DNA from: an uncultured virus (IMG/VR IMGVR_UViG_2627853969_000002)
Taxonomy: Duplodnaviria; Heunggongvirae; Uroviricota; Caudoviricetes
Virus record (IMG/VR): IMGVR_UViG_2627853969_000002
DNA length: 64,000 bases
Direction: 5' to 3' (one strand)
Below are positions 57,771 through 64,000 of the stretch, in pieces (within the stretch, counting starts at the first letter, position 1; the number at the start of each line of letters is the position of its first letter). The translations under genes were made by a program, and so were the position numbers. The notes under the pieces are model-generated. The model did no database searches. It had not been told where the DNA came from and saw only the letters and a program-made list of their open reading frames with translations.

Positions 57771-58695
57771 CATGCGGGGAGAACTGCTGCTGGCCGAGTT
57801 TCTGACCACCCCCTGGGCCTTGATGCCCGAGCGCCTGCATGCGCTCAGTGCCGTGTTTGACCGTTGGAGCAAGCATGCGCCGGTCGCTGACGACCTCCTC
57901 GAGCGCGTGATGGCAGACCGCCAGGCACGTCAGATCAAACGTCAAAGTGCGCAATCGGTGTCAGGCGATGGCATCGCTGTGCTGCCGCTGTATGGCGTGG
58001 TGACCCAGCGCGGCAACATGGTCGAGGATGTGTCTGGCCCTGGCACCACCAGCACGCAGTTGCTTGGCGCCGCCTTGCGCCAGGCGCTCGCCGATGACAC
58101 GGTCAGTCAGATCCTGATCGACATCGATAGTCCCGGCGGCAGCGTCTACGGTGTTGCCGAACTGGCAGACCAGATTCAGTCGGCGCGCTCGACCAAGCCG
58201 GTCGTGGCAGTGGCCAACAGCCTGGCCGCCAGCGCGGCCTACTGGATCGGCTGCGCCGCTGGGGAGTTCTACGTCACCCCCGGCGGCGAAGTCGGCTCCA
58301 TCGGTGTGTGGCAAGCGCACTTCGACTATTCGCAGGCACTGGCCGCTGACGGCGTCACACCGACCTTGATCTCGGCTGGCAAGTACAAGGTTGAAGGCAA
58401 TCCATACGGACCTCTGGACGAGCAAGCGCTTGGCTTTATGCAATCGCGCGTGGATGACTACTACGGCGCCTTCACCAAAGCCGTCGCCAAGGGGCGTGGC
58501 CAGCCGATTGCCAGCGTGCGCGATGGCATGGGTCAGGGCCGTGTGCTGGGCGCCGACGCGGCGCTGGCGCAAAAGATGGTCGATGGCATCGCGACCTTCG
58601 ATGACGTGATCGCGATGATGCAAAAACGTGGTCGCGCACAGGGCCGCGCCACATCCCGCCTCACCCAAGCCAGGAACACGCTGGCCTTGATGTGA
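57760..58695 (+). CDS. S49 family prohead protease
   Basis: IDSPGG, AASAAYWI, VGSIGV. Confidence 0.92.
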   Translation: MKRDMRGELLLAEFLTTPWALMPERLHALSAVFDRWSKHAPVADDLLERVMADRQARQIKRQSAQSVSGDGIAVLPLYGVVTQRGNMVEDVSGPGTTSTQLLGAALRQALADDTVSQILIDIDSPGGSVYGVAELADQIQSARSTKPVVAVANSLAASAAYWIGCAAGEFYVTPGGEVGSIGVWQAHFDYSQALAADGVTPTLISAGKYKVEGNPYGPLDEQALGFMQSRVDDYYGAFTKAVAKGRGQPIASVRDGMGQGRVLGADAALAQKMVDGIATFDDVIAMMQKRGRAQGRATSRLTQARNTLALM

Positions 58696-58734
58696 CGTAC
58701 CCACTGTCCGGTATCGCCGGTCAGAACCAACGCA

Positions 58735-58767
58735 CAGCCGCTTGAGGGAAGCCTCGGCGGCTTTTTT
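58735..58767 (+). terminator. terminator-like hairpin before the capsid gene
   Basis: AGCCGC.TGAGG-loop-CCTCGGCGGC followed by T6. Confidence 0.45.
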
Positions 58768-58824
58768 ATACCCGCACCGGTGATGCTCACCCGCACGGGT
58801 TTTTTCATTTGGAGAACCCGCAAA

Positions 58825-60210
58825 ATGAGCAAACACCTACGAGAACTCCAGGCCAAGAAGGCCAAGCTCGTCAAGGACGCCCGCGCCTTGACCGAAGGCG
58901 CCGCCGCCGAAAACCGCGATCTGACCGCCGAGGAGGCCAGTCACTTCGACGCACTACGCGCGCAGATCGAAACAGCGTCTGCCGCCATCGACCGGGAGAT
59001 GAGTCTGGTGGCCGAGGAGGCACGCTCGGCCAGCGTCGTGGTGGCGTGGGCATCAAACGGTGCCGCGCCGCCGTCTCCTGCTGCCGTCAGCGTGCCGACA
59101 GGAGCGAGCATCATCAGCGTCAGCGACAACCGAGAACTCGACCCCCGGCGCGGGTTTGCCAGCGTCGGCGAGTTCCTCAAATCCGTGCGACAAGCCGAGA
59201 GCGCACGTCGCTCAGGCGGCCTGGTCGACGAGCGGCTGCTGGTGGGGTCCGGGATCGGCGCCATCGCTCCCGGACTGGCAGCCAATGAATCGGCGGGTGT
59301 GGACGGCGGCTTTGCCATACCGCCGCAGTTTTCCCAGGACATCTTCACCCTCTCGCTCGGCGAGGACGGTCTGCTGCCCATGACCGACAACGTTGAGATC
59401 TCCGGCAACAGCATGTCCTTCCCGAAGGACGAAACCACGCCGTGGGGATCGAACGGCGTGCGCGCCTATTGGCAAGGTGAAGCATCCGTGGCCCAGGCCA
59501 CCAAGCCGCAACTGGGCCTGACCACCCTGCGACTCAAAAAGCTCATGGCCCTGGTGCCGATCACCTCCGAGTTGCTGGAGGACACCAACGCACTCACCTC
59601 CTATCTGCCGCAGCAAATCGCCGAACGCATCCGCTGGAAGACCAACGAGGCCATCCTCAACGGTCAAGGCGATGGCGTTCCACTGGGCGCCTTCCAGTCC
59701 GGCGCGGTGATCACCGTGCCCAAGGAGCAGAATCAGGCCAGCCAGACCTTGTCGCTGGAGAACCTGCTCAACATGCAGTCGCGCTTCATGCCCGGCTCGG
59801 AGAACAGGGGCGTATGGATCATCAACAAGTCGGTCCAGCCCAAGCTCTACGGCATCACCTGGAACGGCATGCCGGCATTCATGCCCATTGGCTACCAGAT
59901 CAACCTCGGCGGCTCACTCACCCAGGTGCAGCGCAATACCTTGCTGGGAATGCCGGTGATCTTCTCCCAGCACCCTGCACCGCTCTCCAGTCAAGGTGAC
60001 GTGCTGCTGGTGGACCTGCGGTACTACCACACGATCACCAAGGCCGGCGGCCTGCAGACCGCCACCAGCATGCATCTGTACTTCGATGCCGATGCGGTGG
60101 CCTTCCGCACGACCTTCCGGATGGATGGGCAAAGCAAGATCGCACAGGCCGTCGCACCCGCGAAGGGTGCGGCCACGCTCTCGCCCTTTGTCCAGCTCGG
60201 CGCGCGCTGA
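58825..60210 (+). CDS. major capsid protein, HK97 fold
   Basis: Coiled-coil delta domain, DGGFAIP, AYWQGE, ITSELLED, TLLGMPV, FRMDG. Confidence 0.93.
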   Translation: MSKHLRELQAKKAKLVKDARALTEGAAAENRDLTAEEASHFDALRAQIETASAAIDREMSLVAEEARSASVVVAWASNGAAPPSPAAVSVPTGASIISVSDNRELDPRRGFASVGEFLKSVRQAESARRSGGLVDERLLVGSGIGAIAPGLAANESAGVDGGFAIPPQFSQDIFTLSLGEDGLLPMTDNVEISGNSMSFPKDETTPWGSNGVRAYWQGEASVAQATKPQLGLTTLRLKKLMALVPITSELLEDTNALTSYLPQQIAERIRWKTNEAILNGQGDGVPLGAFQSGAVITVPKEQNQASQTLSLENLLNMQSRFMPGSENRGVWIINKSVQPKLYGITWNGMPAFMPIGYQINLGGSLTQVQRNTLLGMPVIFSQHPAPLSSQGDVLLVDLRYYHTITKAGGLQTATSMHLYFDADAVAFRTTFRMDGQSKIAQAVAPAKGAATLSPFVQLGAR

Positions 60211-60240
60211 ACCCACATCCCTCACACACAAGGACATTCC

Positions 60241-60696
60241 ATGCACTCTCCCAATACCAAGGGGTCGGAGCAATTGGCCATTGCGGGCAGCACTGGCCCC
60301 GTCAACGCCAATACTGCGCAAACCGACTGGATCGCTGTCAGCAACCTCCATCGCCTGCTGGCATTGATCGTCGTCGGCGCCAACGTGGGCGGCGTGCTGA
60401 ACGCACAGCTGCTGCAAGCACTCGACGCCACAGGCACCAACGCCAAACCAATCACTGCCGCCAACGGCCAGGCCAAAGCGCTGACGCCGATCACCATCGG
60501 CAATGCGGCAAACCTGCAGGCGCTGATCGATTGCTCGGTCGATGAACTCGACACCAACAACGGCTATGCCTTCGTGCAATTGCAAATCGCGCTGTCCTCC
60601 GCCGGCCCCATCGCCGGTTTGCTGTTAGGCATCCATCCACGCTTCGAACCGGCCAGCGATCTCAACGCTGCATCCGTGTTGCAGATCATCGGCTGA
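60241..60696 (+). CDS. virion protein (possible head decoration)
   Basis: Follows the MCP; RBS AAGGA. Confidence 0.7.
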   Translation: MHSPNTKGSEQLAIAGSTGPVNANTAQTDWIAVSNLHRLLALIVVGANVGGVLNAQLLQALDATGTNAKPITAANGQAKALTPITIGNAANLQALIDCSVDELDTNNGYAFVQLQIALSSAGPIAGLLLGIHPRFEPASDLNAASVLQIIG

Positions 60697-60762
60697 TCTT
60701 GGATCTGCCCTCATCCACACCGTTTTCCCCAACCGCTCCACCCTTATCAGAGGAGTTTTTCC

Positions 60763-61365
60763 ATGGACCTGATCCGCTATTTCACCGACTTCTTCCACAT
60801 CAACGGCGCAGGCGTGCAATGCGTCAAGTACGCCAAGGGCCAGACCTACGCTGCCAATGACGAAACCCTCGCTCACGTCGAAGCCGGACACGCTCAGATC
60901 GTGGTGATCGATGTCACCGCCACACGCACCGACACCCCACAGACCGACCAAAGCCCAGCGCAGGAATCGGTGCCGCAGCCCGCCAACGACACCGACACCT
61001 CGGCACAAACAGCCGCAGCAACGCCTGGTCAAGCCACTGACAGTAGCGCCACTGCCGACGGCATTGCTGGTACCGCCGACACGACCGCAGCCAATGACCC
61101 AAGTGCCACAGAGCCCACCTCGGCGACAACGCCGTGTGCTGATTCCACCGCGGTGACGAACCCGACGGCAATCGCCAACACGACGCTCCCGGTTGCAACC
61201 GACACGGCGTGCGTCACCGCCGAGGTGGCAGTGTCTGCACCGGTCAACACGCAGGCCACGGATGCATCAACGAGCGCACCACCGGTCGCTGCAACTGTAC
61301 CGACCGATCTGCCTGCCACCACGCCACCGGATGCCGCTTCGGCAAGCACTGACACCCCAGGCTGA
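60763..61365 (+). CDS. hypothetical protein with Thr/Ala/Pro-rich tail
   Basis: RBS AGGAG; coupled to the next gene. Confidence 0.7.
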   Translation: MDLIRYFTDFFHINGAGVQCVKYAKGQTYAANDETLAHVEAGHAQIVVIDVTATRTDTPQTDQSPAQESVPQPANDTDTSAQTAAATPGQATDSSATADGIAGTADTTAANDPSATEPTSATTPCADSTAVTNPTAIANTTLPVATDTACVTAEVAVSAPVNTQATDASTSAPPVAATVPTDLPATTPPDAASASTDTPG

Positions 61366-62006
61366 TGCCATTCCATCTGGTGGCACCACCGACGGTGGAT
61401 GCTTTCACGGGCATCGCCGAGCCGGTCTCACTGGCGCAAGTCAAACTGCACCTGCGCGTGGACGTCGCTGAGGACGACGCGCTCATCCTGGCACTCATCA
61501 GCAGTGCTAGGCAGATGGCCGAGACACTGACCAACCGTCAACTGCTCTCGGCCACCTGGAATCTGGTGCTGGACGCTTTCCCAGGTCCGAGCCTGATCGG
61601 CGTGCCGGCAGGGACGACTTACTCCATCCCCGAACACGCCATCCTCATTGCGAAGGGGCCGGTGCAAGCCGTGACGTCTATCGTCTACCAAGACATGAAT
61701 CGCAATCTCGTCACGCTCCCACCCACGGACTACGTGGTGACCTCCACCGATGACCTGACACGCATCACACCGATCTTCGGCCAGATCTGGCCACCCACTC
61801 TGCCGCAGATCGGCGCAGTCAATGTCCAGTTCCTTGCCGGCTACGCCGACTCCACCCAGGTGCCAGAAGGCATCAAACACTGGATCAAGTTGCGTGTGGA
61901 CAGCCTCTACAACCAGCGTGGCGAGGTGGCATTTACGCGCGGGAACATGGGCAAGCTGCCCTATGTGGATGCACTGCTGGACCCTTACCGGATTGTCTTG
62001 CTATGA
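61365..62006 (+). CDS. head-tail connector (gp6-like)
   Basis: EPVSLAQVKLHLRVD..EDDALI; LYNQR; LLDPYR. Confidence 0.88.
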   Translation: MPFHLVAPPTVDAFTGIAEPVSLAQVKLHLRVDVAEDDALILALISSARQMAETLTNRQLLSATWNLVLDAFPGPSLIGVPAGTTYSIPEHAILIAKGPVQAVTSIVYQDMNRNLVTLPPTDYVVTSTDDLTRITPIFGQIWPPTLPQIGAVNVQFLAGYADSTQVPEGIKHWIKLRVDSLYNQRGEVAFTRGNMGKLPYVDALLDPYRIVLL

Positions 62007-62392
62007 GTGAAGCCCTCCTGCTCCCCGATACCGGAGAACTCAATCGACGCATCGTGATCTACCGCTGGACGGACGCGCCGAACATCAACTTCAACATCGA
62101 CGCGCTCTTCGATGCGGCGATCAGCCGTTGGGCCAAGGTCGAGCCCATACGCGCAATCGCATCACGCATGGGAGTGACGACCGCCGAAGAACCCACCCAC
62201 TCTTTTTGGGTGCGCTACAGCGCCGAAACGACGGCGGATTTCTTTTCGCAAGACCGCGTCATCGAATACCGACGACGACGCTATCGCATTCTCGATGCGC
62301 AAAATTTCCAGGATGCGGACCTTTTCATCCGCATCACCACCAAGGACCTGGGCGCCATTGATGCGATGGTGCTTGGCGCTCCCATTGCCTGA
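62003..62392 (+). CDS. head closure / head-tail adaptor
   Basis: GELNRRI, WAKVEP, THSFWVRY; gene position. Confidence 0.8.
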   Translation: MSEALLLPDTGELNRRIVIYRWTDAPNINFNIDALFDAAISRWAKVEPIRAIASRMGVTTAEEPTHSFWVRYSAETTADFFSQDRVIEYRRRRYRILDAQNFQDADLFIRITTKDLGAIDAMVLGAPIA

Positions 62393-62400
62393 GAAGGACC

Positions 62401-62838
62401 ATGGAACACGACAGTACCCAGGGACAGGTCGCCGGCATACAGCTGTACGTCGGTTTGAAATTCCATCGCACCATCGACTACGACCGCAAGGCCATGCGCC
62501 GTGCCTTGGTCAAGGGCGCGGCTGTCGTGCGCAAGGAGGCACGCACGCTGGTATCAGCGCGTGTGGTCTCCGAACCTGGTGAGTTCCCCGGCCAAGTGAC
62601 CGGCGCCATGCGTCGGGCGATTGGCGTCATCGGCAAAGGCTCCAAGGGCGGCTGGATCAAGGTGGGCGTGCGCGCCATCCCCGGCAACTTTTATTACCCA
62701 GCCGTGCTGTTCTATGGCAGCACCACGCGCAACATCCGCGCGCGCGGCAACTTCATGACCGCCGCCCTGGCCAATCGCGGCAACCAGATCCGCGAACAAG
62801 TACGTGATGCCCTGCGCCAGGCGCTGCGTCCTCGCTGA
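62401..62838 (+). CDS. HK97 gp10-like tail completion protein
   Basis: PGEFPGQVTGAMRRAI..LFYGS..FM. Confidence 0.75.
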   Translation: MEHDSTQGQVAGIQLYVGLKFHRTIDYDRKAMRRALVKGAAVVRKEARTLVSARVVSEPGEFPGQVTGAMRRAIGVIGKGSKGGWIKVGVRAIPGNFYYPAVLFYGSTTRNIRARGNFMTAALANRGNQIREQVRDALRQALRPR

Positions 62839-62852
62839 GACCCGCAGACACC

Positions 62853-63536
62853 ATGCAGCTCGAACGCATCGTGGCGCAATTGCGCGCGCTGTGTCCATCG
62901 TTGGGTGGCCGGGTGGCCGGCGCTGCCCAATTCAAGCCGGTGCAAGAAGCCACCGCGCTGCCGGTCCCGTGCGCCTTTGTGATCCCGCTGGACGACAGGC
63001 CCGAACCTCCGACGGCCCTCAACGCCGTCGGGCAGGACATGACCGACAGCTTCGGCGTGATCGTGGCACTGGATAACCGGGCCGACGAAAAAGGACAACA
63101 TGCCTGCGACGGTGTGCATGCCATTCGGACCGAAATTTGGCGTGCCCTGCTTGGCTGGGTGCCCGGCCCCGTCAACACCGTCAATCCGGCCACCGACTAC
63201 AACGGTCTCTTCTATGAGGGCGGCAGCCTGCTGGCGATGGATCGCGCTCGACTTTGGTATCAGTTCGAATTCGGCGCGCACATGTGGATTGGTGCCAGCG
63301 ACGGTTGGGAAGCCGGTGCCTTGAGCGCTCTGCCAACCTTCGGCACCGAGAATGCTCAAGGCCAATGGTTACCCGGCTCGGCCGTCAACCTCGAAGTCGA
63401 CGTCGGTACGCCCATCTTCGATCCCACCGCCACCTATCCGGCCAACCCAAACAACGATCTCGCACAGTCCACCGTGCGCGCACCGCGTGAGCACGGGCCG
63501 GATGGGCGCGTGGAATTCAATCTTTCCGTTCCGTGA
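62853..63536 (+). CDS. tail terminator-like protein
   Basis: RVAGAAQF, ALLGW, LWYQFEF; gene position. Confidence 0.7.
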   Translation: MQLERIVAQLRALCPSLGGRVAGAAQFKPVQEATALPVPCAFVIPLDDRPEPPTALNAVGQDMTDSFGVIVALDNRADEKGQHACDGVHAIRTEIWRALLGWVPGPVNTVNPATDYNGLFYEGGSLLAMDRARLWYQFEFGAHMWIGASDGWEAGALSALPTFGTENAQGQWLPGSAVNLEVDVGTPIFDPTATYPANPNNDLAQSTVRAPREHGPDGRVEFNLSVP

Positions 63537-63620
63537 GCGGATCGCACAGGTCCGCAGCGGTGTTCATCAGCGCCCGCCACGACTGCAGGTCGTCGCGGGC
63601 ACTTTGCATTGGAGCCACAC

Positions 63621-63902
63621 ATGTACGCCATTCCCAAACCGGGCCGATCAGTGCCCATACCAGGCACACGCACCCTCCTTCCGGCGACGGGCCAGAACAT
63701 CGGCCCGGTGACCCAATACTGGCAACGCCGACTGCACGACGGCGACATCACGCTGAGCGAAACACCGCCAACGCTCACGTCAGTAGGCGATGCGGCAGAG
63801 AGCGCCGCTACAACGACCACTGCGGCATCGACCAACACTCCACCGCCCCCAACTCCACCGGCCACCGCTGAGGCGGCCAGTGCTTCCCAGAGGACGACAT
63901 GA
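63621..63902 (+). CDS. DUF2635 / Mu gp38-like protein
   Basis: PKPGRSV..LP..YWQRRLHDGDI, directly before the sheath gene. Confidence 0.8.
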   Translation: MYAIPKPGRSVPIPGTRTLLPATGQNIGPVTQYWQRRLHDGDITLSETPPTLTSVGDAAESAATTTTAASTNTPPPPTPPATAEAASASQRTT

Positions 63903-64000
63903 GCGGCATCTCTTTCGAACACATTCCTTCCAACCAGCGGGTGCCGCTGTTCTATGCGGAGATGGACAACAGTCAGGCCAACCTGGGCGGGCAAGCACTC
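63899..64000 (+). CDS. Mu-like tail sheath protein (partial)
   Basis: MSGISFEHIPSNQRVPLFYAEMDNSQAN. Confidence 0.85.
   Translation, partial: MSGISFEHIPSNQRVPLFYAEMDNSQANLGGQAL

Larger units (their letters stand above)
50639..64000 (+). mobile_element. prophage copy A: replication, packaging, head and tail start (three contigs)
   Basis: Paralogous to copy B up to the MTase, then terL-portal-protease-MCP-neck-sheath; linkage across gaps is inferred. Confidence 0.85.

Overview
Draft-scaffold window (six 100-N gaps at 2205-2304, 6448-6547, 49933-50032, 50539-50638, 53329-53428, 54684-54783) from a GC-rich bacterium, most likely Xanthomonadaceae (XVIPCD-type effector, Sec-type Rhs). It is almost entirely accessory DNA. 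(1) Two closely related prophages. Copy B (20222-34636) runs from a large serine recombinase module through primase and ParB-MTase to HNH and terS, then is truncated. Copy A is split over four contigs (2305-6447, 50639-53328, 53429-54683, 54784-64000) and carries HK97-type head genes and the start of a Mu-like contractile tail. (2) A defence-like cargo cluster: BglII/BamHI-like REase with an MT-A70 MTase, a PIN-like protein and an SF1 helicase. (3) A lipoprotein / lipase-XVIPCD effector / VirD4 operon. (4) Polymorphic toxin loci: a CdiA-CT/CdiI pair, a decayed cdiA, and a full Rhs with orphan modules. (5) IS256, IS5 and IS3-derived elements. The standout signal is a cas-less type I-F CRISPR mini-array (repeat, 32-nt spacer, repeat; 33824-33911) between the HNH and small terminase genes of prophage B. 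Its deviations from the other repeat fall only outside the part that would become the mature crRNA. All family assignments come from recognising motifs by eye; no database searches were run.
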